Source of the DNA: Trypethelium eluteriae
Lineage: Eukaryota
DNA length: 64,000 nt
Reading direction: 5' to 3'
Assembly (NCBI GenBank): GCA_051942245.1
Contig: JAVECL010000014.1
Location: forward strand, 1 to 64,000
In this document: positions 25,406 through 37,513 of the stretch, in pieces
Position numbering within the stretch: position 1 is the stretch's first letter
Layout: every line of letters begins with the position of its first letter
Notes under the pieces: generated by a model
Databases searched by the model: none
What the model was told of the DNA's origin: nothing
What the model saw: the letters and a program-made list of their open reading frames with translations, nothing else
Program-made: the position numbers and the translations under genes

Positions 25406-26949
25406 ATGCCATTGATTCACGATACGCCCTCACCACCTCCATCCCTTCCCGATCCTCGTGAAGAACGCCGACGACTCCATCATGATGCAGACGTTGTGAT
25501 CGTGGGTGGGGGCATCGCTGGTTGTGCTACCGCTGTTTCGCTCTCAAATCAAGGTCGCAGTGTCATCCTCCTTGAACGGTCACTTAAGGAGCCAGACAGA
25601 ATCGTTGGTGAGCTTCTACAACCGGGTGGAGTGGCCGCTCTGGAGAAGCTAGGATTGAGCCATTGCCTTGAGGATATCGATGCGGTGAAGGTGCGCGGTT
25701 ACGATGTCATATATTATGGAACAGAAGTCAAAATTCCCTATCCCAAAGAAGCATCGAGAGTCAATCACATAGACGGTGTTGAGCAGGTAGAAGGAAAGGG
25801 AAAGGCATGTGAGCGGCCAGAGGGGAGATCCTTTCATCACGGGAGATTTGTCCAGAAATTAAGAGCAGCGGCTATGACTGCATCGAATGTGACAGTCGTC
25901 GAGACAACAGTAACTGAATTGATCAAATGTGGGCATACGGGCCAGATTTTAGGTGTCAAAAGCTCTACCAAAGGAGATGAAGATTACGTACGTTCTATGT
26001 ATCACGGAGAGTCTGGGACAGAGACTAATCGAGTACTTAGTTTTTTGGCTCCCTAACAATCGTTGCAGACGGATATGCCTCCAAGTTTCGAAAAGACAAT
26101 CTTCCTTATCACCCTACCTCAAGGTCGAAGTTCTGGGGTCTTGAATTACGCGATGCCACTCTTCCCCTCCCTCTTCATGGACACGTTCTACTCGGTGACG
26201 GAGCACCTTCTCTACTCTACCAAATCGGTACGCACGAAACTCGTGCGCTAATTGATGTTCCTGAGAATCTACCTTCGGCGTCCATTCAAAATGGCGGCGT
26301 GAAAGGACACTTGCGGAAGGTCGTACTTCCATCGCTTCCGGCATGTGTGCAACCTTCTTTCGAGGAAGCAATTGAACGGGGTCAGCTGAGATCGATGCCG
26401 AACTCTTGGCTTCCGTCCAGTATCAACAAGATGCCAGGGTTGATGATACTAGGTGACGCGATGAACATGCGGCACCCTCTCACAGGCGGAGGCATGACTG
26501 TGGCCATAAATGACGCCGTTTTGCTGGGAGAACTTCTAAGTCCTCAGCGCATACCAAAGCTCAGCGACACTGCAGCTGTGCTAGTAGCGATGCGGCAATT
26601 TCATTGGAGCCGGAAGAGTCTCACCAGTGTTGTCAACATCCTTGCTCAGGCTCTCTACTCACTCTTCGCCGCCAACGACTCTCAGTTGAAGGCCCTTCAG
26701 GTTGGATGTTTCCGATATTTTCAGCGCGGTGGTCAATGTATAGATGGCCCTGTCGGTCTGTTGGCAGGCATAATCCGTCAACCCTTTGTACTCTTCTATC
26801 ACTTCTTCGCAGTTGCCCTATATGCCATGTACTTGCACATTTCCTCCTCTAAGCCTCTAATGTGGCCGGTCAACACCATCACCAGCCTTGGAATATTCTG
26901 GAAGGCCTGCATCGTCATATTTCCGTACATATGGAGCGAGATAAGGTGA
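25406..26949 (+). CDS. ERG1: Squalene epoxidase
   Basis: VIVGGGIAG, EPDRIVGELLQPGG, GRSFHHGRF and GDAMNMRHPLTGGGMTVA. C-terminal TM region. Intron 25988-26040. Confidence 0.96.
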
Positions 26950-27098
26950 CGCTGTCGATATTTCTTTTGCGTGATATGTACATAGTTACGTCTGTCATTT
27001 GAGCACGGCGTTTGGCGGCTTTTTCGTACGGCATACAGCGCAAGGGTAGATTTTGTAGGTTCGATACCTTAATGTCTTTACCAAATCATATTGAGACT

Positions 27099-28700
27099 TC
27101 AAAGTCTCGCTTGCCATCCTCCTTCTCCCCATCGTGATCGCTCTGCCGCAGATTTTCCAGCTCTTCTCCCAAAAACACCACCTGCCGTGAGCCCGCTTCC
27201 ACCCGGATAATTTCCAAAGAACAGACCCCCAACCATCTCCCCGGCACAGTAGAGCCCTTCAATAGGCTTTCCACTGACTGCACTCTTGACTTTGGCAGTC
27301 TTGGGATCGATCGCGAGTCCACCAAATGTGAAGGTAACACCAGAACCGACTTTGACGGCCAAAAAAGGTGGCTCCTCGATTGTTAATGCCCAGTTGCTCT
27401 TTGGTAGGGTCAAACGAGTTTTCGAACTCTGCGTACCAAGACCGTCTTTGATAGTAGGGTCGAATTTTCCATTGCCGTTTTCCGCTCGATGCGCTTTGAC
27501 AGCATCATTGTACTCCTTGATAACGTTCACAAAACGTTGTTTGGCTTCCAGGCCTCTTTCACCACATTGATCTGCCAGTTCTTCCAAGCTCTCGGCCGTG
27601 ATCTTCGGAACAATTTCGTCCCTATACTCCTCGTCCCTCAACCAACCAGTCGTTTTCTTATCCCATACCTGGAATGCAATACCACCAGGTTGCTGTAGTA
27701 TTGCTCTGCCGAACTTCGCGTACGTATAATTCCTCATATCAACACCCTCGTCTACAAACCGCTCTCCCGCCGAGTTGAGCATCAAGCCCAGCGGATAGCC
27801 ACTCTTCGTGAATTCATTTGTCTTAACCCTATCGCCACTGTTCGGATCACTACTTGCATCCCACGCGACAGAATGACATCCCGACCAATTACCCTTCGAG
27901 GCAGCTTGAACATCCCTCTGTGCCGCCAGCAACATGTCGCCGGTGTTGAACGGCGTACCTCTAACGTGCGCCAAATCCCACCCCGGGCCCAAGTACTGCG
28001 CTCGTAGACTGGGACTCGCTTCGAATCCACCAGCACACATCACCACACTCTTGGCGCGAATCTCGTGCGGCTGGCCAGCCCTCATCGCCCGCACGCCCAC
28101 CACAGCGCCGCTCTTCTCATCCACCAAAAGGTTTTGCGCAGCGGTATTGAATGCGAACTTGACGCCTAATCTCCGCGCACTGGCATTCAAATTCGCAATC
28201 AGCCCCTTGCCACCTTCGCGAACGGTCAGCGCCAGGCCACCCCAGAATTTGTACCGGCCGTCCACCTCGTACGCCTGGCGCCTGAAACTGAGCTGAAAGT
28301 TCACCGCGCAGTAGTCCTTGAGCCAGCCAATGCAGTCGCGGCTCTCGTTCACAAGGACTGTGCTGAGTTCCTCGTCGCATCGGCCGCCTGTTACACGGCG
28401 CATGTCGGCCATGAAATCAGCCTCATCGTATTTAGCCAGGTCGATCTTAGATTCTAGGTCCTTGGGTAAGTTAGAGACGAGTGGTAGGAGATCGTGTAGG
28501 CCATGGTGAGCGGTACGGTAGGCGCCTGCTGTAAAGTAGCCGTTTCCGCCTGCCCAGTGCGGTGGGCACTTGTCGATGATGAGCACAGAGCGCGAGCCGT
28601 GTTGTATAGTAGCGAGAGCCGTCGACATGCCAGCGGCCCCAGAGCCGACGACAAGGACGTCCCAGGAACCTGTGAGAGGAACATCGTCTGAGTCCGCCAT
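27099..28700 (-). CDS. FAD-dependent tricarballylate dehydrogenase TcuA/CobZ-like flavoprotein, intronless, C-terminal PTS1 (ARL)
   Basis: VLVVGSGAAG, GGNGYFTAGAYR, FWGGL, GGFEA..LRAQYLGPGWDLAHVRGTPFNTGD, RFVDEGVDMRNYTYAKFG, VTFTFGGL and GEMVGGLFFGNYPGGSGLTAG closely resemble bacterial TcuA. Confidence 0.85.
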   Translation of the reverse strand: MADSDDVPLTGSWDVLVVGSGAAGMSTALATIQHGSRSVLIIDKCPPHWAGGNGYFTAGAYRTAHHGLHDLLPLVSNLPKDLESKIDLAKYDEADFMADMRRVTGGRCDEELSTVLVNESRDCIGWLKDYCAVNFQLSFRRQAYEVDGRYKFWGGLALTVREGGKGLIANLNASARRLGVKFAFNTAAQNLLVDEKSGAVVGVRAMRAGQPHEIRAKSVVMCAGGFEASPSLRAQYLGPGWDLAHVRGTPFNTGDMLLAAQRDVQAASKGNWSGCHSVAWDASSDPNSGDRVKTNEFTKSGYPLGLMLNSAGERFVDEGVDMRNYTYAKFGRAILQQPGGIAFQVWDKKTTGWLRDEEYRDEIVPKITAESLEELADQCGERGLEAKQRFVNVIKEYNDAVKAHRAENGNGKFDPTIKDGLGTQSSKTRLTLPKSNWALTIEEPPFLAVKVGSGVTFTFGGLAIDPKTAKVKSAVSGKPIEGLYCAGEMVGGLFFGNYPGGSGLTAGGVFGRRAGKSAAERSRWGEGGWQARL

Positions 28701-29348
28701 TTAGAGGAGAGGAGGAGACAAAGATTGCGTGACACGACTGAAAATGTGTACGGCTATGAAAGCTCAAGTATTGAGTATTAAGAGCTTTGAGAATTGAGCG
28801 AGGACTGGATTGATATTTAGAAATGTCGGGAGATTATGGAGAAAAATCCTGCTGGAAGAACCTCAGAGTAGATTCCACATGTGATGGAGTATCCGCGAAG
28901 CAACACAAAGGCCGACCGGCAACGGATATGCGGCCACGATGACCAGCATGCAGAGGGATCATCGGGTGAAACATGTCCGAAGACCTACAAAGATGCCTCT
29001 TACACAAATGTTCAGGGGGTCGTAACGACAGACATCCGAACTGGTGAGATCGTTGAAGATAAAATCTTAGTGGATTGCGGGGAAGCAGTGGGAAAGTTTG
29101 CCGAACTCCAGGCTCAGAAACGCAGTCCTCTAATTATTCCGTACACCATATTTTAATCTGTATTGTAACAGGTGACGGCGGCACCCAGACAGTGCGACCG
29201 CACCAAGAATATAGCATCAACAAAAACTCACTTCCAGTTGCGACGGATTATTCGAGTCCGAATGGGAACATATGGCGTTGGTCCGAGGTAAGAGCGGTAT
29301 GCAGACCTGAGAGAATCTCTATCGCAGTAGGTCGGTTACGCTACTACA

Positions 29349-30646
29349 ATGAAGGTTATTCTCAACTCACACTTGAGAGTTCTTCTTCAACTTGAAAAGT
29401 CGACCTCATTCATTCAATCTCGTCAAATCTACAGCATAACGAGACGAGTCATGCAGCAGAACAGCCTTCGAGCCGCCTACTATCGCGGCGGCACATCACG
29501 AGCAGTCATTTTCCGCCAAGAAGACCTTCCTCCAGACCGCGACGAATGGGGCCCCATATTTCGAGGTGTCATCGGTTCTCCTGATCCCAATGGACGCCAG
29601 CTTGACGGTTTAGGTGGTGGCATCTCCAGTCTATCCAAAGTCTGTGTTGTTGGGCCGCCATCGCATCAAGACGCCGAAGTCGACTATACATTCGTTGCTG
29701 TGGGCGTGAAGGACGATGAGGTGGATATGTCAGCAAACTGTGGAAATATGACTAGTGCTATTGGGCCATTCGCTATAGAGGCAGGGCTGGTATCGGCAGG
29801 GGCAAATGGCGAAAGGGTGTTGAAGATTCATAACACAAATACCGGCAAGTTAATTGAGGCGGCTTTCGCTGTGGAGGACGGCGAAGTTGTCATGAAGGGG
29901 GACTATGCGATCGATGGAGTAGCAGGAACGGCAGCGAAGATACGGTTGGCCTTCGTCAGCCCTGGGTAGGTGTTGAAGGCGTTTTTACCTTACCTCCACT
30001 CTCAAAACGATAATTCTGGGAATATTTTGACCAAGATCGGCACAGGGGCTCCAAAACGGGGAAGATTCTTCCTACGGACAGTGTGAACGACACCTTCGAC
30101 GGTCTGAAAGCAACATGCATTGACGTGGGCAACCCCTGCGTCTTCGTCCAAGCATCGGATCTGAATGTGCCTAGTAGCATACTTCCAGACGAACTTTTAG
30201 CTCATCCAACATTACTTGATCAACTCGAGACCATCAGACGCAAAGCAGCCGTGCGCATGCGGCTGGCCTCGGATGAGGCCAATGTTTCGGGCTCAATACC
30301 CAAGATTGCCATGGTATCAAGGCCTCACGCTCACAAAATCCTCTCGGGAGCAGAGTTAAGTGAAGAGAGTGCTGACCTCGTTGTGCGCGCCATCTCGGTC
30401 GGTCAACCTCATCGAGCGGTTCCAGTCACGGTAGCTCTGGCTCTAGCGGCTGCTTCAAAACTGCAGTCCTCAGTAGTATACAGAAATACTTCTCAGAATC
30501 CTGTAGATCCTGACGGAACTACCATTTGTCATAGTAGTGGTAGGTTGCTAGTGACGGCAGATGTAGATAGTAAAGGCGACGTCAAGTCAGCCACGGTTTT
30601 CCGAACGGCTCGGAGGATCATGGAAGGTACAGTCTATTGGAAATGA
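29349..30646 (+). CDS. PrpF/AcnD-accessory family (aconitate/methylaconitate isomerase-like)
   Basis: YYRGGTSRA, GSPDPNGRQLDGLGGGISSLSK, ANCGNM (catalytic Cys) and RTARRIMEG. Intron 29966-30045. Second in-frame ATG at 29451. Confidence 0.92.
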
Positions 30647-30987
30647 CATACTTCTATGGAATGCTTGTAAATTAGGGTTTGACCTGCTTTTGCTACATGC
30701 TGTGCATTAAGAAACAATTTCATGACACATGGTCAAGCCAAGGTCGGGCTATGGGCCGAAATTTTATCGCAATTTGCGTTTCATCACGTTTGTATAATAA
30801 TCTCCAGAAGTCAATGGAGGACTCTGCGTCGTTCAAATTGGTCAAATATTTACACTGAAGTATTTACATGAAGAATCGAGCAAACAAAGACCCTGAGATG
30901 CCCTCAGGATGCCCCCCGTCTCGCCATTCGCCTCGTTCTACCCTTCACGATGGAAACCAAAGATGCCATAGTTGCGGCCATCACAGG

Positions 30988-33354
30988 TTAGGAAGCCAGC
31001 AGAAGCGACGAAGCACGCTCCGCAACAGCGACGATGAGAGCGCTAGGATTTGTAGATCCGATGAAGGGGAAAATTGACGCGTCAACAACGTAGAGATTAT
31101 CGGTTCCATAAACCTTAGTGTTGGTATCGACAACGGAAGTACCGCCCGTAAGACCGCTATCTGTGCCCATCTTGTTGGTACCCACCCAGTGATTGGCCGT
31201 GCGACTCGTGGTGATAGGATCCGCATTGACATATTCACTGATGGTTTGGTTGGTGGATGGAACGCTAATGGTGATGTTTGGGTCAGTCTGAAGTGCCTTA
31301 ACAACTCTCTCGAGACCGGTGATGACGGCCGCTAAGTCGTCAGCATTCTGGAGGTAAGGAAGAGTTGAAGGCGTCATGTCGAGACTTGGTGTGATAGTCA
31401 GACGACCGCGTGAAACAGCACCACGTCCGAGATATTGTGAAATAGTCATAGATTTGTTCGTATCTCCCTCCACACGAGCGGTGTATTGAAGCTGGCGAGT
31501 GACCTTGTCCGCGCCGACGACTGTATCCCAGAAGATAGGCTGAATGTTAGGAGCGGACTGAGCAAGCATTCCACTACGATGTTGGATGTAATTCTGCGCG
31601 TCGGACTGTATTGGGGTATTGTATGCAGCATAGTAGTCGTAGAAGGTAACATTCGGGTGGGTAATTTGGATGTCGGTGTCTGTGTGGTCACCAAGGTTTT
31701 CGCCCACCGGTAAATTGATCCACTGCTTGCTGTTGATCATCTTTGGACCGTCAGAGCTAGCATTGACAATGGCCAGCTGGTCCGCGGGCCCGATACCGCT
31801 CCGAAATAGAATCTTGGGGCTTCCATATGTACCTGCAGAGAGAATGACACGGCCCGTATTGGCAGTGACATTAATGGTTCCACAATAGCCACCGTTGAGG
31901 AAGTTTTCAACCTCGACACCAGTAATATGGCTTCCATTCCTAATGACCCTGTTAACGGCAGTGTTCATAATGAGTTTGAAGTTCTTGCGGGCATTGGCAG
32001 TGACAAGGTAGGTGGCCATTGGACCACCTCGCTCGCCATTTGAGTACATCCAGATGCTACGGCTATAGGTCATGGTTTTCTCATTCGGCACCTGATTAGC
32101 CTCGACGTTCTTCCATCCTGCAGCACCAAGAGCACCACCAACGATGTCAAGCCCCTCCGGCATATGAAGTACGCCATCCATAGAAGGATTGTCGTTCCAC
32201 GGGATTCGAGAAAAGACTTTTTCAACGTTGGGTTTCATGTCCGTAGCTTGCCATCCCGTAGGGAAATTGTAGTTCCAATCAATATCTGGTGCATACCACC
32301 AGAGACCGGAGTTGATCGCAACACCTCCGCCAAGGACACACCCAGCCATCACACCGACGTCGGGGCAAGCGATGCCGGCAGAATCCTTCCAAATTTCATT
32401 GTCCAAACCAGGGACATCAAAACGGGTGAGGTTAGTACTGTTGAGCCAATCAGGCCTCAAAGTGCCACCCCAACGATGAGAGGATGGAGGACCCTTCTCA
32501 ATTAGGAGCACGCTGTGCCCAGCTTCCGAGAGTCTGTCAGCAAGAGGAATGCCACCAGCGCCAGCTCCGACAATGATGTAGTCGTATGTCGTACTTGGTG
32601 CCGTTTGAAAGGAACCGGCTGCGCATGCAGTCGCTGTAGCAGTTGCGGTAGTGGTCGAAGTTGGTGAAGTAGGACTTGTTGTCGGCGAAGCCGTGGGTAT
32701 TTTGGAGATGTACGAAGAGTAATTAGACAGCTGAGCACCGGCAACGGGTAGACCGTATTCACCCATGCTGTCATGCTGAATGATGGTGGCATCAGAATCA
32801 GTAACCGGAGAAGGATTGGTATCGGATTGAGCCCAGCCGAGGACTAAGGCTTGACCAGTTACGGGAAGCTGGGAACCTGCAGTACCGCCTTGATTCCAAG
32901 CCAAGCACCACTGGCATCGGTATGTGAGAGTGAAATGGGTATCGTTGATGGTGTGGGCAATCTGGGTGAGTGTCGCATTTCCAGTGTAGATATCTGGCGC
33001 AACATAGCCCGAGGCGTATCGAAATGAAGTCTGAATCTGCTGTCCATCGACCCAGGCTAGCAGTAAAAGAGAGGATGTCATAGGGCCCGCATGAGAGATA
33101 CCAGTCCATCCGGCGCCAGAGGTTCGGGCGCCTACCAAGTATCCGAGATATTCGGCTTGAGAGTCGGTTCCATTTGGTAATGCCACACCAAATTGAAATC
33201 CTCCAGCAGTCTCGGACGAGTCTACAGAGGCTCTAGAAAAGGGAATGCCAGAGCTAGGGTCGATGAAGCTGTCAATGGCAGCTTGGGCATAGGCACTGGT
33301 GGCCCAGAGGCCCACAAGAAGGGAAACATTGAGAAGTGTATTGGCTAACTTCAT
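30988..33354 (-). CDS. cdh: Cellobiose dehydrogenase (AA8 cytochrome + AA3_1 GMC domain, no CBM1), intronless
   Basis: Signal peptide; cytochrome domain with GPM and QHD heme-ligand motifs; Thr-rich linker; YDYIIVGAGAGG; catalytic ANHW and TNP motifs. Confidence 0.95.
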   Translation of the reverse strand: MKLANTLLNVSLLVGLWATSAYAQAAIDSFIDPSSGIPFSRASVDSSETAGGFQFGVALPNGTDSQAEYLGYLVGARTSGAGWTGISHAGPMTSSLLLLAWVDGQQIQTSFRYASGYVAPDIYTGNATLTQIAHTINDTHFTLTYRCQWCLAWNQGGTAGSQLPVTGQALVLGWAQSDTNPSPVTDSDATIIQHDSMGEYGLPVAGAQLSNYSSYISKIPTASPTTSPTSPTSTTTATATATACAAGSFQTAPSTTYDYIIVGAGAGGIPLADRLSEAGHSVLLIEKGPPSSHRWGGTLRPDWLNSTNLTRFDVPGLDNEIWKDSAGIACPDVGVMAGCVLGGGVAINSGLWWYAPDIDWNYNFPTGWQATDMKPNVEKVFSRIPWNDNPSMDGVLHMPEGLDIVGGALGAAGWKNVEANQVPNEKTMTYSRSIWMYSNGERGGPMATYLVTANARKNFKLIMNTAVNRVIRNGSHITGVEVENFLNGGYCGTINVTANTGRVILSAGTYGSPKILFRSGIGPADQLAIVNASSDGPKMINSKQWINLPVGENLGDHTDTDIQITHPNVTFYDYYAAYNTPIQSDAQNYIQHRSGMLAQSAPNIQPIFWDTVVGADKVTRQLQYTARVEGDTNKSMTISQYLGRGAVSRGRLTITPSLDMTPSTLPYLQNADDLAAVITGLERVVKALQTDPNITISVPSTNQTISEYVNADPITTSRTANHWVGTNKMGTDSGLTGGTSVVDTNTKVYGTDNLYVVDASIFPFIGSTNPSALIVAVAERASSLLLAS

Positions 33355-36126
33355 CTTGGAAGTTGACAAAGGGTGCTCAGCACGACCAAAAGAATGACTA
33401 GACAGGACGCCAAGACTTCTGCTATTGAAGAAAAATTGAAGGACGAAGGACTAATAAATAGGAAGAAGATAGCAAATTGCGTGGGGCAGGGAAAAAGGGA
33501 GGAGAAAGTCACCAGACCGTGATATGCAATTCCTGCCTAGTAAACATGCAGAGTGCTGACGCCTGGCCCATACCAGCAGATGAAAGGAATTGTTTTGGTC
33601 TAGACGCATGGATCAACACAAGATGCACTTGCGCCTCACGAAGAGGCTATGAATCTCCCTCCACATTGAAGGACTATGGTTGGACGAAGCGGGCCGGCGG
33701 TTGTGTCTCCATAGGTACAGGACCCTGCTTCATTGGAGGGACGTGGGGACATCCTGTACTACCTTCTTGTTTCAATAACTGGACGAATATTGCCTGCAGG
33801 CGGGCCCGAGAGATCAGTTGAAAAGAACGCATATGGCAGGGTCACATAGACACTTCGAGGGTTCAGTGATTTTGCCGCCAAGTCTGGCGAAATGAACTTT
33901 TGAGTGTCGAGGCAGCATCGGACCTATGAGAAGAGATGGCAATAACATTAAGGCCCCAAAGGCCGGGCGGGTGGGTGTGAAATAGATTAGAAGGGTAGAA
34001 GGCTCCAGCTAGGTACCTAGTACACACCCTGGTCGTCCCCAGTTTTTCCGCCGGTTGAAGCCGAATCGCTTGCACGAAACCGCACAATCAAGCTTTCGCT
34101 TACCAGATAAACAATCGATATCCTGGTTTGCGTCCTCCAGTATATGCAAAATGACCCATCAAAAAGCAGTCAAGAAGCAGGAGCATCAATACGCCGCGAC
34201 TTGTTTGAGACAGAGCTTTCTTCGTCAGCCACATCGGCATACGCCCTCGTGAAACGCGTGTCTTCAGCCGCAATGCCCCATAGACTCATCCTCGCAACAA
34301 TACGATACTCATTATCCTTTGCGACTTTCAACCGCGAGGTAGCTTTTCCTGCAATAGCGCTGTAGCATCGTTCCGCCGGTCATGAGGATGACCTCGCATT
34401 AGCGGCATTACTTGAACCAGTCAAAAGAAAACTACCTCGTCGTCTACCTAGTAAGTAATTCAATTTACTATCCGGCTAAACTGCTCTTCATTCTATCAAG
34501 CTGCTACGCTATCTGAGCCAGTTCTACCCGCAACGACAGTAATTATAGGTTTGCACGCGCCGCGGTTGCGCCCAAAAGCGTCAGATCATCAGTTCCAGAA
34601 ATCCGAGAACGCTATTCATATTCATACACAAGAGTGCGCCGTGTGCCGGATTCCGGATTGCTCGCGTCGGCTGTGGCGCCTGTAAGTATCTCCGCACCTG
34701 CTCTTCTTTTTCCAGACTGGTCCCGAGGATATACTCATTAACGGAGGTAAACACTGTTAGCCAGTGTTGCTCTTAACGGAATTCTTACTCAGACCTGTAA
34801 CATGGTGATAATTAGGCTACATCAGGGCATGACGGGCACTCTGTCCCGTCACGATTCTTATCCAGTCAAGCCTCAAGTACCTCTCTTGTGCCCAAACATT
34901 GACTGTATGGGGTCTCAAGATGTGATACTCCTGTAGATCTCTCAGCCCAATGGACGAAGGGCCTCTATCTTGCTTAGGATTGCCCAAAGAAATGGAATGT
35001 CATACTCGATGGCCGATGCGGTCTTGCAGGGTGCTAGAACAATTATGCCATGAAATCGACCCACCCCGGTTACCAGTCTGACTGCCGGCTTGCACGTGGA
35101 TCTCCTCAATAGACTGGACTCTGCAGCTCAATTGCCGCTAGCTGGTGTTAAGCTCCAAGGGCTTTTAGCCCGGCGCTGACGCTTTAACCATTATAAACAT
35201 CCATACCCGGAACCAGAGCAAGATTTTTTCTTACCGAATTGACAATAGCCCCAAAGGCCGCGACGGACTTACGTTACCCGTTCAAGGCTGGCAGTACTTC
35301 TCTTCATACATGGCCCATTAGTAAAAAGAATGAGTGAGCGACGAACACACAAATCCGTCACTTGCAGTGAGAGGCAGAGCTCTCGTGGCTCCTCTAAGCC
35401 CGCACAATGAGAGATCCAAACGATCGCTGAAATCGACATTAGATTGAAGAACCAGAATCATGGGAAAGGACGGCTCTGAGAGATATTTCCAAGGTAGCCA
35501 ACTTTTCAAAAGAAGGCCTCGAAATCACCTCGATATCATGGCGATTTGAAAGATTCGTGTTACACCAACCATGAGGAAGCGGCCCTCGATAACGACGACT
35601 TTCCTACTGGCGCAAGTGGGACATGTGATGAAGTAAATCCGTAGAACTTCAGCATAGGACTATAGAGACTCTTCACAGTACCTTGCTCTGGCCCTGATCA
35701 GTCTGACTCTGCATCTGTTCCGACGTCCTAGCGAATTCACCTCAGACGTGCGTGTGTTTTCGAAAGAGATATCCAGGAAAGTGAGACGTCGGTGTGATCC
35801 TAATAATGCCGAGTGAAAAGGGAAAAGGAACGATGACACGTAAGATCAAAAGTTTCACGCACAATTAAAGGGGCAGCACGTCATTCGATCCACCTTGTCG
35901 TTTTCTACTCTAGCAACTCTAGCACATTATCACCACATAGTCTATAGGCCTATGAACCTTGTCTCCTGGATTTGCGAAGCCAGCTCTTCAATGACACAAG
36001 CATTTAGGTGGGTACACCCAAGCAGAAAGTCACAGTCTTCCAATTCCCCTTCCTCCAGTCCCCTATTAAACAGCAATGAATGTCAACTGCTATTCTCATC
36101 ACGTATTGCTGTGTTGGTATCTTTGA

Positions 36127-37161
36127 TCACGTTGTGTCTTCTTGGTTTATTTCTCCTTCTAGTGGCGCTCTTTCACGAAGCTGCGCCTGAATTCGATCCT
36201 TCCGTTGGTACAGATTCGTCAACCGTTTTGCCTCAGCTATTTGCTTATTAAGCCTTCTTTCCTCCTCGACCAGCCCGGATATAGTACCATTTTGCAGTGC
36301 CTGTGCTTGAGATTCAAGACTGTGCTGCTCATCCTGAGATGATCGAACAGAATGCTGAATAGAATCGTCTCTGGGAGGTCGTCCAATACTGAGGATCCGA
36401 GGGACTTCGATGTCAGAACGTGGTGGTGACCCTTGTTCACACCCCTGCTTGGGATCTGCATTGGTAATGAAGGTTTGAGGCTTGTGAATGGGAAGATGCT
36501 CCTGCTTCGGTATGAATAGCTCGTCTCCTGTTCCGGATTCGTTGGCTCGACAAGTTCCGGGATCTGCCTGCTGGTGGGTACTCAATCGACACGACTAATA
36601 CGAATGGCTCTTAGGGTCTGAAACTGCGTCAGATATATGGCAGGCAGTATAAGTTGTTCCGTCAAGTTCAGGCGTTGGGACAGTTTCGCCATTCGTACTG
36701 TTCTTCTCGACTGTCTCTTCCGATTCCTTTGAATGCTGTGAGGAGGAATGTCTCCGCCAGAGGAGCCATACAACCGCACAGATCGAGCAAACAGCGGCAA
36801 CTATACCAATACTGATTCCTGTCTTTGCTCCTGGAGCAAGCGCATGAGAGCGACTTCCAGGGTTCCGAGCATTGGCACTTGCCGCTGAAGATTGTGTAGG
36901 ATTTGGTGAGCATGGCTGAGTTAGTCCCGTTGGCTCAATTAAGAGGAAGGCAGAGCCTGATGGTGACGACGATCGAGCAGTTGGGATGCTTGTCAGAGTC
37001 AACGTTCGGGAGAGAGTGACCGTCGTAGAAATTGAAGTCGTTTGCGTTGGCGGACAGTAAATATTCCCAATCGAATCTGTGGAGCAGTCTTCGTCTTGAG
37101 CTAAGACTACGCAGGAGTATACGAAGGCAACATAGATAAAGAGCAGCTTAGAGTACGCCAT
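36127..37161 (-). pseudogene. Single-pass membrane protein (signal peptide, S/T-rich region, TM helix, C-terminal coiled coil) interrupted by a TAG at 36595-36597
   Basis: MAYSKLLFIYVAFVYSCVVLA signal peptide; GAKTGISIGIVAAVCSICAVVWLLWRR TM; PELDG motif. ORF 36127-36585 continues in the same frame to LVEEERRLNKQIAEAKRL. It could also be an intact shorter gene. Confidence 0.55.
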
Positions 37162-37513
37162 GGTGGTTCTTACGGCAAGGACGCCAGAATTTTTCGACAT
37201 CGTAGAAGGGGCATATGAGCGACAGGCGCGTTTCTCTTTAAACATTAACTTGATGACGCTTTGCGGCTCACTGCATCCGACGATATGTTCAATCTTCTCA
37301 TAATGTGGATGAAATTCGCAACACCCTGTTGTTTGCTTCACAGAATTGGTGTATGACAAGCACGTACTTCAAGACACGGTTGTGCCATATCGGGCGGGTC
37401 GCTGCATTGACAGACTCTACAGGCTGTGGAATTTTGTCACTTTTGATTCAGGAAATGATTATGTAGTACTGTTGAGTCTCGTGCCTTCCATATCTAAATT
37501 GGCACCTAAACAT

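Noticed and set aside
34380..35300. Intron-like GTAAGT..CTAAA..AG signals, a TGACGGG/CCCGTCA hairpin and a faint F-box-like peptide
   Set aside because: The flanking frames contain stops and no gene model could be built.
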